NCBI GenBank assembly: GCA_964473815.1
Contig: CAYYQK010000001.1
Location: 881-64,880 of the forward strand
Length of the DNA: 64,000 nucleotides
Direction: 5' to 3'
Origin: an uncultured Candidatus Saccharibacteria bacterium
GTDB lineage: Bacteria > Patescibacteriota > Doudnabacteria > UBA920
The position numbers were made by a program, and so were the translations under genes. Below, one piece after another: positions 47,877 to 58,153 of this stretch (positions are counted from its first letter, which is position 1; each line of letters opens with the position of its first letter). The notes beneath the pieces were generated by a model. That model was not told the DNA's origin. It saw only the letters and a list, made by a program, of their open reading frames with translations, and ran no database searches.

Positions 47877-48578
47877 ATGTGCAGATTAATAGGAATTAAA
47901 GGATACTCCAATCTTGAATTGGAGAATCGGTCAAAAATATTAACTGAGTTTTTTGATTTATCAAAAAATGGTTGTGTTCCAAAAACTATTTCTCAAGGAC
48001 ACAGCGACGGTTACGGTATTGTCGCTTATAAAAATGGTTCAATAATTTTTTATTATCGTAATTCACTGCCTCCGTATCAGGATAAAAATTTTCCCAGTAT
48101 TTTAAACTCTCTTTCAACTTTGAATGCAGATTTTGTTATGGGTCATTTACGTAAAGCAACAAAAGGTGAAAACCATGCAACGAATAATCAACCTTTTATT
48201 TTGAGTGATAATAGTTTCGGTACAAATGGAACTGTTCACTTTCCTTCTTTGAGAGATGGAGAAAATGATTCCAGATTGTTATTTGAAAAGTTGTTAAATG
48301 AAAACGATGTTGAGAAGACTTTGGCGTCACTATCAACAATCGATTATACCTCAGCGACTTTGTTACTGTTTGATGGCAAAGAATTTACGGCAGCACGTTG
48401 GTTTAACGAGGATAATTTGAATGCGCAAAAATTTGATTTTAATTGTTACTACACATTGTTCGTTACTGGTGGCGATAAAATCGAAATAATTTCATCTGAA
48501 ATTACCGAAAGTATCAAGAATTTGAATTTAGAATCACGACTATTAGAAAACTATTCTATATATAAAACAAGTTTTTAG
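47877..48578 (+). CDS. Class II glutamine amidotransferase-like (YafJ/EgtC-like) Ntn hydrolase
   Basis: N-terminal MCRL, HSDGYG, GHLRKAT, NNQPF, NG and NDS motifs. Confidence 0.85.
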   Translation: MCRLIGIKGYSNLELENRSKILTEFFDLSKNGCVPKTISQGHSDGYGIVAYKNGSIIFYYRNSLPPYQDKNFPSILNSLSTLNADFVMGHLRKATKGENHATNNQPFILSDNSFGTNGTVHFPSLRDGENDSRLLFEKLLNENDVEKTLASLSTIDYTSATLLLFDGKEFTAARWFNEDNLNAQKFDFNCYYTLFVTGGDKIEIISSEITESIKNLNLESRLLENYSIYKTSF

Positions 48579-48616
48579 TGCTTTTCTTTTTGGCTGATTT
48601 TCTCTATAATAAGCCT

Positions 48617-48898
48617 ATGTTAAGCGAAGAAGAAGTAAAAAAAGTGGCCGGAATGGCACGAATTGCTCTGACAGACGAAGAGGTGAAAAAATTCCAAAAG
48701 GATCTTTCGTCAGTTTTGGATTACGTTGCTGAACTGCAACAAGTCGACACTGAAGGTTTGGAGATCGTCTCGAGTGTGACTGGTTTGGAAAATGTGGAGC
48801 GTTTAGATGAGCCACGTTTGATTGACTATCAGGAAGAGATTATGGCCAACGCACCAGACCGCAAAGATCGTTACTATAAAGTGAAATCAATTTTGTAA
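48617..48898 (+). CDS. gatC: Asp/Glu-tRNA amidotransferase subunit C
   Basis: EEVKKVAGMARI...NAP...YYKVKSIL. Confidence 0.93.
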   Translation: MLSEEEVKKVAGMARIALTDEEVKKFQKDLSSVLDYVAELQQVDTEGLEIVSSVTGLENVERLDEPRLIDYQEEIMANAPDRKDRYYKVKSIL

Positions 48899-48912
48899 TT
48901 TGAATTTGTAAG

Positions 48913-50409
48913 ATGAACTGGGAAGAATTAGAACTGCACGAGTTGCGCGAAAGATTAGATAAAAAAGAAATTTCGTCGGTTGAGCTGACGAAGTATTTTT
49001 TGGGGCGCATTAAAGAGATGTCGCCTGTAGGTGACCGCGACAAGTTGAATGCATTTATTACTATTGATGAAGAAGATGCTTTGCGCCAGGCACAAGAAGC
49101 AGATGAGTTTATGGCTAGCCCTGGAGAGAATTTTCCATTGTGCGGCATTCCGTTTGCAGCAAAGGATTTGTTTTTGACTAAAGGTATTCGTACAACAGCT
49201 GGATCAAAAATTTTGGATAATTATATTCCCCCATACGATGCAACTGTAATTGCTAAGCTGAAAGATCAAAAAGCAGTGATGATTGGAAAGGCGAACATGG
49301 ACCAGTTTGCGCACGGCTCGAGCGGCGAGACGAGTTTTTATGGTGCAGCAAGAAATCCGTGGGACATTTCGAGAATGCCAGGCGGTTCGAGTAGTGGAAG
49401 TGCGGTAGCTGTTGCGGCTGGATTAAGTCCGTGGGCTTTGGCAACAGAAACTGGCGGCAGTATTCGTCAGCCAGCTTCACTAACAGGTGTGTCCGGATGG
49501 AAACCAACTTATGGTCGTGTTAGTCGTTATGGGGTGGCAGCGATGGCATCAAGCTTAGATTCAATGGGCGCGATGGCGCGCAGTGTAAAAGATTTAGCAA
49601 TGATTGCCGAAGTAATTTCGGGACAGGATGCCAATGACTCTACTACCGGTCCTGTTGAAGTTCCAAATTATTCGGCGGATTTAAAAACAGATATTAAAGG
49701 CATGAAAATTGGTGTGCCGAAAGAATATTTTGTTGATGGTATGGAAGCGGGCGTGAGCGCGCGCGTTAAAGAAGCGATCGAAGTGTTGCGCGGGCTTGGT
49801 GCAGAAATTATTGAAGTAAGTTTGCCAAACACAAAATATGGCTCATTAGTTTACGCAATTGTTTGTCCAAGTGAAGTTAGCTCTAACTTGGCGCGTTACG
49901 ATGGCATTCGTTATGGTCATTCTGCTGCGGAAGCAGGCAGCCTGCTCGAAACATACGAAAAATCTCGCGCTGAAGGTTTTGGTGATGAAGCTAAGCGACG
50001 TATTATGACTGGTACATATGTTTTGTCCGCTGGTTATTACGATGCTTATTACAAAAAAGCGCAGGCAGTTCGTCGTTTAATTTTGAATGAGTTTGAAGAA
50101 ATTTTTAAACAAGTTGATGTGTTAGTTGCACCAAGCTCACCAAATGTTGCGTTACCTTTGGGTAAAGCCGCTGATGATCCATTGTTTGGCTACATTGCTG
50201 ACCAGTTGAATATTCCGGGAAGCTTGGCTGGCACGCCAGGACTTTCTATTCCCTGTGGTTTTGCACCTGCGGGCGGAGAAGCTGGCGGCAAAGAATTACC
50301 AGTTGGCCTGCAAATTATCGGTCCGCAATGGGGCGAACAAAAAGTATTTAATGTCGGCGCTGCTTTCCAAGCCGTGACTGATTGGCACAAGAAAGTGCCA
50401 GGAGCTTAG
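48913..50409 (+). CDS. gatA: Asp/Glu-tRNA amidotransferase subunit A
   Basis: Amidase signature PGGSSSGS, ETGGSIRQPA, NLARYDG. Confidence 0.96.
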   Translation: MNWEELELHELRERLDKKEISSVELTKYFLGRIKEMSPVGDRDKLNAFITIDEEDALRQAQEADEFMASPGENFPLCGIPFAAKDLFLTKGIRTTAGSKILDNYIPPYDATVIAKLKDQKAVMIGKANMDQFAHGSSGETSFYGAARNPWDISRMPGGSSSGSAVAVAAGLSPWALATETGGSIRQPASLTGVSGWKPTYGRVSRYGVAAMASSLDSMGAMARSVKDLAMIAEVISGQDANDSTTGPVEVPNYSADLKTDIKGMKIGVPKEYFVDGMEAGVSARVKEAIEVLRGLGAEIIEVSLPNTKYGSLVYAIVCPSEVSSNLARYDGIRYGHSAAEAGSLLETYEKSRAEGFGDEAKRRIMTGTYVLSAGYYDAYYKKAQAVRRLILNEFEEIFKQVDVLVAPSSPNVALPLGKAADDPLFGYIADQLNIPGSLAGTPGLSIPCGFAPAGGEAGGKELPVGLQIIGPQWGEQKVFNVGAAFQAVTDWHKKVPGA

Positions 50410-50410
50410 T

Positions 50411-50770
50411 ATGTTGGATATGGAAAAGTACGAACCAGGTTCATGGAGAAATGAAGAACCTTATTCGAATCCCGACAATAAATCTTTAAGTGATCTTAGA
50501 ACAGAACTTGATCAGGGTTTAAAAAATCTAGAAGATAATTTCCCCGGTTTAGATATATACAAAGATAATATGGATGAAAAAATCTCTGATTGGTCAGAAG
50601 ACCAACAGCAAACCTTTAAAGACATAAGTTATGAAATTATGAATAAAATTCATATTATCTTTTCTTCCAATCTAACTGATAATGAAAATGAGAATGAATA
50701 TTATTCCACACTAAAAGAATTGGATGATAAATTAAATGAGTGGATAACTAGAATATCAATTTTGAAATAA
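50411..50770 (+). CDS. Acidic low-GC orphan inserted between gatA and gatB
   Basis: ORF fills the gap; its stop overlaps the gatB start. Confidence 0.6.
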   Translation: MLDMEKYEPGSWRNEEPYSNPDNKSLSDLRTELDQGLKNLEDNFPGLDIYKDNMDEKISDWSEDQQQTFKDISYEIMNKIHIIFSSNLTDNENENEYYSTLKELDDKLNEWITRISILK

Positions 50771-52293
50771 TGAAACTCAACGGATATAAACCAGTAATCG
50801 GATTAGAAATCCACGTGCAGCTTGCTACCAAAAGCAAGATGTTTGGTCGTGCGCCAAATAATCCTGATGAAAAAATTCCAAATACAAATATTGATGAAGT
50901 GGCAACTGGAGAGCCAGGAACTTTGCCAGTGATCAACAAAGAAGCTGTGCGCTTGGGTGTCATGGTTGGTATGGCTTTGAACTGTGAAATTCCAGAGTTT
51001 TCTAAGTTCGACCGTAAGCATTATTTTTATCCTGACTTACCGAAGGGTTATCAGATTTCTCAGCTGGATCATCCAGTTGCGCAAAATGGTTGGGTGGAAA
51101 TTTCTGTTCCTGCAGATGCGAATCGCGAAACAAACCCTGAAGCTTACACAAAACGCATTCGTATTACTCGCGCGCACTTGGAAGAAGACGCTGGCAAGAA
51201 TACTCACCCAGAAGGTTTGCCGTATTCTTTGGTAGATTATAATCGCGCAGGTTCGCCGCTGCTTGAAATTGTTACAGAACCTGATGTAGAAACAGCAGAA
51301 GAAGCACGTATCTTTTTGCAGGAATTACAGAGAATTGTTCGCTATGTTGGTGCAAGCAGTGCAGACATGGAAAAGGGAACCATGCGCTGCGAGCCAAATA
51401 TTTCTGTGCGTAAGCCAGGGGAAGAAACATTACCGAAGTATAAAGTTGAAGTGAAGAACATCAACAGTTTTAAATTTGCTGAAGCAGCGATTAATTACGA
51501 AATTCCGCGTCACATTGAAATGCTCGAAGAGGGAAATATGCCAAAGCAGGTGACAATGGGTTGGAATGAAAAGTTGAACCAGACAGTGGAGCAGCGCGAA
51601 AAAGGCGAGGCCAATGATTATCGTTACATGCCTGAACCGGACTTACCAGAATTGCACTTCACTGAAGAGTTTAAGCAAGAACTTAGCGCGCAACTTCCAG
51701 AAATGCCGGCGCAAAAGCGTATTCGTTTTGCAGAAGAATTTGGTTTAGCGCCAGCAACAATCGATGATCTTATAAACTGGAAAGAATTAAATGAATATTT
51801 TGAGGAAGTTGTCAGCGAACTGGACGCGTGGCTATTAACCGAAGGAAAATCAGAAGACAAAGAACTTCGACAAAAATTAGTTAAACTTGCAGCGAACTGG
51901 TGTTTGCAGGATTTCTCTGCCGCACTTAACGCACAACTTGCAAATCCGTTAGAATCGAAAGTTGCGGCAGAAAATTTTGCTGAACTAATTAAGTTAATAG
52001 ACAACGGCGAAATTTCCGGTAGCGCAGCAAAAACAGTTTTCAAAACAATGTACGAGCACGGCGGCGAGCCAAAACAAATTGTTGCCGACCTTGGTTTGGC
52101 GCAAGTTAGCGATACGGGCGAAATTAAATCAGCAATCAACGAAGTAATTGTCAACAACGAAAAAGCTGTTGCAGATTACAAAAATGGTGAGCAGAAATCT
52201 TTTGGCTTTTTAGTGGGTCAAGTTATGGCGCACATGAAGGGCAAAGCCAACCCACAAGTTGTTAACGAGTTACTAAAAAAGAAATTAGAATAA
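50770..52293 (+). CDS. gatB: Asp/Glu-tRNA amidotransferase subunit B
   Basis: GLEIHVQL, YFYPDLPKGYQISQ, HLEEDAGK and YRYMPEPDL motifs. Confidence 0.97.
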   Translation: MKLNGYKPVIGLEIHVQLATKSKMFGRAPNNPDEKIPNTNIDEVATGEPGTLPVINKEAVRLGVMVGMALNCEIPEFSKFDRKHYFYPDLPKGYQISQLDHPVAQNGWVEISVPADANRETNPEAYTKRIRITRAHLEEDAGKNTHPEGLPYSLVDYNRAGSPLLEIVTEPDVETAEEARIFLQELQRIVRYVGASSADMEKGTMRCEPNISVRKPGEETLPKYKVEVKNINSFKFAEAAINYEIPRHIEMLEEGNMPKQVTMGWNEKLNQTVEQREKGEANDYRYMPEPDLPELHFTEEFKQELSAQLPEMPAQKRIRFAEEFGLAPATIDDLINWKELNEYFEEVVSELDAWLLTEGKSEDKELRQKLVKLAANWCLQDFSAALNAQLANPLESKVAAENFAELIKLIDNGEISGSAAKTVFKTMYEHGGEPKQIVADLGLAQVSDTGEIKSAINEVIVNNEKAVADYKNGEQKSFGFLVGQVMAHMKGKANPQVVNELLKKKLE

Positions 52294-52334
52294 TATTTCA
52301 GACGAAACAAATCTAAAATTAATAAAAAAAGAAA

Positions 52335-53018
52335 ATGAAAAAACTTTTCTTAGCTGGCGGCTTACTAGCCTTGCTAGCAGCAGGTTGTAATGTGCAACCG
52401 GCAAATATCATTCCGGCTCCGGCTCCCGCAACTTCATCCAGTTCGGTTAATGCGAATAGTTCGGTTACGACTCAAAGCACTGAGAATTCGAACAAACCGA
52501 GCACGTTAATTAACAGCGGCAAAATTAGAATCTATACTTCGTATAAACTGGGAGTATCATTTAAGCTTGGCGAACCAGATGTAAGTGTAAAAGAAGTTGA
52601 TAACAAAATTTATGTTTATTTTTCTACTATGAAACCTGAAGAAGGTCAGAGGGTAGAAATATGGTCTAAGCCTGCTGGACAAAGTTTAGTTCAAGCAGTT
52701 ACAACTAACTTTTTAGCCAGCTCTCCCGCAAAGTGTGTTGCAGTGATGGAAGATCACTCCGCTCGGAATATGGGTAGCTACCAAACAGCATCAATTACTA
52801 CAAAAGAATTACTCAGTAAAGGTGATAGTTATGGCGTGGAAGAAATGTTTGATTCTATCCAAGGTTGCCCACCAAATTACAGCGTGACGAATGGGTCGCG
52901 TTACTTTGCGATGGATCCTGCGCACCCAACCAAGTTTATGTTCTTCAGCATTGGTCAGTATCCAATCGCAGGGGATAAAGCAGATAATACCTGGCAAGAT
53001 ACTTTCACAATTCAGTAA
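52335..53018 (+). CDS. Hypothetical lipoprotein
   Basis: Lipobox LAAGC, Ser/Thr linker. Confidence 0.8.
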   Translation: MKKLFLAGGLLALLAAGCNVQPANIIPAPAPATSSSSVNANSSVTTQSTENSNKPSTLINSGKIRIYTSYKLGVSFKLGEPDVSVKEVDNKIYVYFSTMKPEEGQRVEIWSKPAGQSLVQAVTTNFLASSPAKCVAVMEDHSARNMGSYQTASITTKELLSKGDSYGVEEMFDSIQGCPPNYSVTNGSRYFAMDPAHPTKFMFFSIGQYPIAGDKADNTWQDTFTIQ

Positions 53019-53019
53019 A

Positions 53020-53916
53020 TTAAGATGTTCGCCATTTAATTTCGCCATTGCGCTTCCACCAAGTCATTTGGCGTTTGGAATATTGGCGAATGGCCCGAAA
53101 GAGTTGGTCTTCCAACTCTTCTTTGGTGATTTTGTTTTGTAGATAGAGGGTGCAAAATTTGTATTCCAGCCCGAATGACTCAAGTCGCTTCCATGAGAGG
53201 CCATGTTTACGAAGTTTTTTTACTTCAGTTAGCATGCCGGCTTTAAGCCGGGCGCTAAGGCGTTTTTTAATTTTTCCATCTAGAATTTCTTGCCCTGGAT
53301 TAATCCCAATCCAATCAACCTTAAATTTAGCCTTATTCTTGGCTGAATTCAGCTTTGGCACAGGTTTCCCCGTCGACATCACAATCTCCAAAGCCCGCAG
53401 CAAACGCCGCGGATTTTGGGCATCTATATTTTTTGCCCGAATCGGATCAATTTTTTGTAATAATTTATGAAGTTCAGGTGTAGTAAGTTTTGAGAGCTGT
53501 GCCCGGAGTTTTCGATCCGGTTTTACTTCGGGCAGAGCTTGATTAAACACAACTGCATCAACCCAGTGAGCTGTACCTCCACAGATGATTGGAGTTTTTC
53601 CGCGCGCGATAATATCAACAACGCGTTTTTTGGCCTCGCGCTGAAAACGCGCTACGCTATATTGTCGCAATGGCGAAGCCTCATCGATTAAATAGTGGGG
53701 GATATTTTTATACACAAAAACTTTACGGCCGGCCACAGTCTTCCATTTCCCGGGAACTTTCCCTGAACCAATGTCCAAACCTTTGTAAATCTGCCGGCTA
53801 TCAGCTGAAATGATCTCGCCATCAACCTTCTTTGCAAGCTTAACAGCTAGTTCGCTTTTACCAGAAGCGGTTGGACCCACGATTACTATCAGTTTCTTTT
53901 CATCTTTATTTGGCAT
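53020..53916 (-). CDS. miaA: tRNA dimethylallyltransferase
   Basis: GPTASGKS, SADSRQIY, NPRRLLRALE and YSKRQMTW motifs. Confidence 0.96.
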   Translation of the reverse strand: MPNKDEKKLIVIVGPTASGKSELAVKLAKKVDGEIISADSRQIYKGLDIGSGKVPGKWKTVAGRKVFVYKNIPHYLIDEASPLRQYSVARFQREAKKRVVDIIARGKTPIICGGTAHWVDAVVFNQALPEVKPDRKLRAQLSKLTTPELHKLLQKIDPIRAKNIDAQNPRRLLRALEIVMSTGKPVPKLNSAKNKAKFKVDWIGINPGQEILDGKIKKRLSARLKAGMLTEVKKLRKHGLSWKRLESFGLEYKFCTLYLQNKITKEELEDQLFRAIRQYSKRQMTWWKRNGEIKWRTS

Positions 53917-53952
53917 ATGTTAATATTATAAAGTAATCATTAAATCTAAACC

Positions 53953-54489
53953 ATGAATACAAAATATCTATTTACGGCAATTGCAGTGGTAGTAGTGCTT
54001 GTAGTTGCGTTGTTCATTTACAACCAACACAACAAGCAAACACAGCCGGCGACAGAGTCCAACACAAATACTGTTGATTTGAACACGAATACTTCTGAGA
54101 ATACAAATGAAAGCAATACTAACACTACCAATGACAACGGTAATGGTAATGCGAATGCAAATGTTAACACCAATACCACCAACACCAACTCTAACTCTAA
54201 TACTTCGGGAAAGCCTTCAGTTTTTGAAGTTACATACAACGGCACCTCATTTAGCCCTTCGACAATTAACGCAAAAGTTGGAGATGTGGTGATTTTTAAA
54301 AACTCAAGTGATTCCAGTTTTTGGCCTGCATCTGATCCTCATCCTACCCACACTAATTATCCTGAATTTGATGCTAAGCGTCCCATTCCTTCTGGTCAGA
54401 CTTACGAATTCAAATTTACTAAAGCCGGAAGTTGGGGATACCACAATCACCTGAATCCATCAGCTCGCGGTACAATTATTGTAAAATAA
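53953..54489 (+). CDS. Membrane-anchored cupredoxin-fold protein with Asn/Thr-rich stalk
   Basis: FSPSTI..GDVVIFKN...F.KAGSWGYHNH..GTIIV. Confidence 0.8.
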   Translation: MNTKYLFTAIAVVVVLVVALFIYNQHNKQTQPATESNTNTVDLNTNTSENTNESNTNTTNDNGNGNANANVNTNTTNTNSNSNTSGKPSVFEVTYNGTSFSPSTINAKVGDVVIFKNSSDSSFWPASDPHPTHTNYPEFDAKRPIPSGQTYEFKFTKAGSWGYHNHLNPSARGTIIVK

Positions 54490-54569
54490 TATTCTAACTG
54501 GCCCTCTAGCAGGGTCGGTTTTTATTTCTGGCAAAAAATGGTATAATAAATTGAAAGTTTATTAGTTTT

Positions 54570-55259
54570 ATGGATCTAACCGCTGATATCTTAGAGGGAT
54601 TTTTGAGCAATGGCAATTTGCCTCATGCTTTTTTATTTCTCGGAACTGATGACACTGCAATAGTCGAAAACTTTGCACAAAAAATTACAGGAAAGAAGTT
54701 TCCTAACATCGATACGGTAGATTTTGATGCCGCCGATGGCAGTGGTGTTGAAGGGATTCGTCAGATATTGCAGTTAGCAGCGCTCCTCCCAGTGGCAAGC
54801 AATTACAAAATTGTGGTCATGAAAAATATGGACGAAGCCAATCCAGCCATGCAAAATGCATTGCTGAAAAATTTGGAAGAACCACCAACTCATACCATTT
54901 TTCTACTACAAAGCGCCCGACCATTGCTTCCTACTGTAATGTCACGCTGTCAGGTATTGCAACTCGGCAAATCTTCAATCGAAGATTCGCCAGAATTGGC
55001 TGAAGCAGTTCAGATATTAGAGCAGAATCGTAATGCGGGTCTGGCGGAAAAACTTTCGTTGGTAAATAAGCTTGCCGATTTAAAAGATGAGCAACTTCCG
55101 CAATTAATAGAATACTGGTTGCAAAAGCAAACTGCTGAGCTTCGGACAAAGCCAGAAAATTACAAAGCGGTTCGTACCACAATGGAAACTTTACAGGCAT
55201 TACGAGGAAACTTTAATAAAAAAATGGTGTTACAAAATTTTGTAATGTCAGGTCTGTAA
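54570..55259 (+). CDS. holB: DNA polymerase III delta' subunit (short form)
   Basis: LPHAFLFLG, QNALLKNLEEPP and LLPTVMSRC motifs. Confidence 0.88.
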   Translation: MDLTADILEGFLSNGNLPHAFLFLGTDDTAIVENFAQKITGKKFPNIDTVDFDAADGSGVEGIRQILQLAALLPVASNYKIVVMKNMDEANPAMQNALLKNLEEPPTHTIFLLQSARPLLPTVMSRCQVLQLGKSSIEDSPELAEAVQILEQNRNAGLAEKLSLVNKLADLKDEQLPQLIEYWLQKQTAELRTKPENYKAVRTTMETLQALRGNFNKKMVLQNFVMSGL

Positions 55260-55286
55260 ATTTTTAAACAAAAAATCAAAAGCAAA

Positions 55287-56333
55287 ATGAAAAAATATTT
55301 GTTACTCGCTGTATGCGCGCTATCTCTTACAGCGGCATCGTGTGATTTATTTCCATCCAAAACCGCGGGAGTTTTAAAAACTTCCAACGGCGGAATTGAT
55401 TGGCAGGCAACAAACACTTTAAAAGACAATAAAGGTGATATCGCCGGATTAAGTATTTCCAAACTCGCTTTCGATCCGCAAGCCACTGATATTATTTATG
55501 CCAGCAGCAACAATTCGGGAATTTATAAATCTAATGATGGCGGCTCAACCTGGGAACAAATCCTTGGCCAAATTCCTATTCTAGATTTTGTTGTTCATCC
55601 GACCGATAGCCAAACAATTTATGCAGCCGGACAATTCGACAATCGCGGCCGCGCTTTAATCACTAAAGATGGAGGAAAATCTTGGAATGCAATTTATACA
55701 GCAGCAAACTCAAGTACTTCTGTTCGTAGCATCGCGGTGAATCCCAACAGTCCGCAACAGGTGGCTATTGGAATGTCGCAAGGAGAATTAATCCTTAGTA
55801 ATGACGGTGGCGCTACTTGGCGATTGGCACAAAGTTACAATGACCGCATTAATAAGATTTTATGGTTAAATGATGCAATGTATGTGCTCGTAAAAGGAAC
55901 CGGAATCTTTAAATCAGTGGATAGCGGTAGCACTTTTCAGTTGATCACGGCCAGTTTGCAATCATCGGGCAATACCCTTAATCTGTCTATATTCGGCAAT
56001 TCGATTTCGCAGTTTAACCAGATGGCAGCGAGCTTACTTAATCCGAGCACTATATATGTTACTACCAACTTGGGGTTGTACCGGACAACGAATGGTGGCG
56101 GCTCGTGGAGCTTCGTGAGTATGCCGTTGCACAAGGAGTCAGCACCGCCGGTTGCTCTGGCAATTGCGCCTTCAAGTGACAATGTTTTATACGTTAGTTC
56201 CGGAACAAATGTATTCAAAACAACCGATGGTGGTAATTCCTGGTCATCAGTAGATACAAAAGTTACCGGGTCAGTGAACGCTTTGTTGATTGATCCAAAT
56301 TTACCGCAAGTTGCTTTCGCCGGAGTTTATTAA
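55287..56333 (+). CDS. Asp-box/BNR beta-propeller lipoprotein
   Basis: Lipobox TAASC; about seven S/T-x-D/N-GG-x-T/S-W repeats. Confidence 0.85.
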   Translation: MKKYLLLAVCALSLTAASCDLFPSKTAGVLKTSNGGIDWQATNTLKDNKGDIAGLSISKLAFDPQATDIIYASSNNSGIYKSNDGGSTWEQILGQIPILDFVVHPTDSQTIYAAGQFDNRGRALITKDGGKSWNAIYTAANSSTSVRSIAVNPNSPQQVAIGMSQGELILSNDGGATWRLAQSYNDRINKILWLNDAMYVLVKGTGIFKSVDSGSTFQLITASLQSSGNTLNLSIFGNSISQFNQMAASLLNPSTIYVTTNLGLYRTTNGGGSWSFVSMPLHKESAPPVALAIAPSSDNVLYVSSGTNVFKTTDGGNSWSSVDTKVTGSVNALLIDPNLPQVAFAGVY

Positions 56334-56347
56334 TTAAAAGTAAAGAT

Positions 56348-56905
56348 ATGATTGAACCGATTATTTCACAACACAAAGAAAATTTTGATAAAGTGATGGA
56401 TCATTTTCAGCATGAACTTTCCAGTGTACGCACTGGTCGTGCTAATCCAGCATTGTTGGCAACAGTGCAGGTAGAAAGCTATGGCGCCAAGGTGCCGTTG
56501 CAACAAGTTGCAAACATCACTGTGTCCGATGCAAAAACTTTAACAATTTCGCCGTGGGACAAGGGCCAGATTCAGGAAATTGAAAAAGGCATTATGGCAG
56601 CGAACTTAGGATTTACTCCAAGCAACGATGGGAATGTTGTGCGCATTAATCTGCCCCCAATGACTGAAGATCGCCGCAAAGAAATGGTAAAGTTGGTTGG
56701 ACAAGTAGCAGAACAAGCGCGTATTGGAATTCGTCAGGTTCGCGAGGAAATTTTGAAAGCAGTGAAGCGCGAAGAAGCCGATGGTAATGCCACTAAAGAT
56801 GATGTTGCAGGGGCACAAAAGAAACTTCAAGATACAATCGACAACTACAACAAACAAATTAAAGAAGTAGCTGAAGACAAAGAAAAAGAATTAATGACTG
56901 TGTAA
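56348..56905 (+). CDS. frr: Ribosome recycling factor
   Basis: RTGRANP, PPMTEDRRKE and KEKELM motifs. Confidence 0.97.
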   Translation: MIEPIISQHKENFDKVMDHFQHELSSVRTGRANPALLATVQVESYGAKVPLQQVANITVSDAKTLTISPWDKGQIQEIEKGIMAANLGFTPSNDGNVVRINLPPMTEDRRKEMVKLVGQVAEQARIGIRQVREEILKAVKREEADGNATKDDVAGAQKKLQDTIDNYNKQIKEVAEDKEKELMTV

Positions 56906-57013
56906 AATTTACAATATATAACACCTCAACAAGCTTCGCTACATTTTGTACTTTGTACAAAATTGGTCAAACGAGCTTCGTTAGTTATATGTTATAAATT
57001 TTCCTAAATCAGA

Positions 57014-58153
57014 ATGATACTAACCATAATAATTTTTTTAATAGTTTTGTCTGTGCTCGTGTTTGTGCACGAGCTCGGTCATTTTATAGTGGCAAAACGC
57101 AGCGGCATGAAAGTGCATGAGTTTGGATTTGGATTTCCACCGCGTGCGTTTGGAATTCAAAAAGTAAATGGTAAGTGGAAGTTTGTCGCTGGCAACAAAG
57201 AAACTAAAACTGATGACACAGTTTATTCTGTAAACTGGATTCCACTTGGTGGTTTTGTAAAAATCATGGGTGAAGATAATGACTCTGGTGCCGATCCACG
57301 AAGCTTCATCAACAAACCTTTTTACCAGCGGCTGGCAACTTTGTTGGCCGGTGTGATAATGAACTTTATTTTAGCTGGGGTGCTGTTGGGAATTGGTTAT
57401 ATGGCTGGCCTGCCAATTGCTGTGCAAAGCTTAGATGACTTGCCCAAGAATGCAACCTTTGCAGACAAACATGTGGCGATAATTTATGTTGCAGAAAATT
57501 CGCCAGCTACGAAAGCTGGTTTGGCGGCAGATGACATCATTGAAAAAGTTAATGGTCAAATTTTTGATAATATCCAAAGCTTGCAGGGTTTTATTAAAGA
57601 GCACAAGGGTCAAAAAATTGTTTTTGATATCCAGCGGGTTAATGAGCACAAAACAATTTCTGTTGATTCAGACCCGAACCCAGCTGAGGGCAAAGGTGCT
57701 GTTGGTATTGGGATGGCTTTATATGGGAAGCTTAAATTTCCATTTTTCTACGCAATCGGCCAGGGTTTCAGAACGGCTTATGAGCAGCTGGTCAATATCG
57801 CAACAGGGCTGTATCATTTATTTGCGACTGGTGCTGGCCTAAAGAGTTTGGGTGGACCAGTAAAGATCGCGCAATTAACTGGCCAGGTGGCTAGCTTAGG
57901 GATTATTCCGTTGATCCAATTCGCAGCATTTTTGTCTCTTAACTTGGCTTTGTTGAATGTCTTGCCGTTTCCAGCGCTCGATGGCGGCCGCGTGCTATTC
58001 TTAATAATAGAGAAGATTCGCCGTAAGCCGAACAACGCCAAAGTTGAGCAGTACGCCAACGCCATTGGATTCATGGCTCTGTTGCTACTAATGCTGGTCA
58101 TCACCGTGCGCGACGTCTCGCAACTCGAAACAGTTAAAAATTTATTTAGTTAA
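57014..58153 (+). CDS. rseP: RIP metalloprotease RseP
   Basis: HELGH, IPLGGFV, PDZ domain, NVLPFPALDGG. Confidence 0.95.
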   Translation: MILTIIIFLIVLSVLVFVHELGHFIVAKRSGMKVHEFGFGFPPRAFGIQKVNGKWKFVAGNKETKTDDTVYSVNWIPLGGFVKIMGEDNDSGADPRSFINKPFYQRLATLLAGVIMNFILAGVLLGIGYMAGLPIAVQSLDDLPKNATFADKHVAIIYVAENSPATKAGLAADDIIEKVNGQIFDNIQSLQGFIKEHKGQKIVFDIQRVNEHKTISVDSDPNPAEGKGAVGIGMALYGKLKFPFFYAIGQGFRTAYEQLVNIATGLYHLFATGAGLKSLGGPVKIAQLTGQVASLGIIPLIQFAAFLSLNLALLNVLPFPALDGGRVLFLIIEKIRRKPNNAKVEQYANAIGFMALLLLMLVITVRDVSQLETVKNLFS

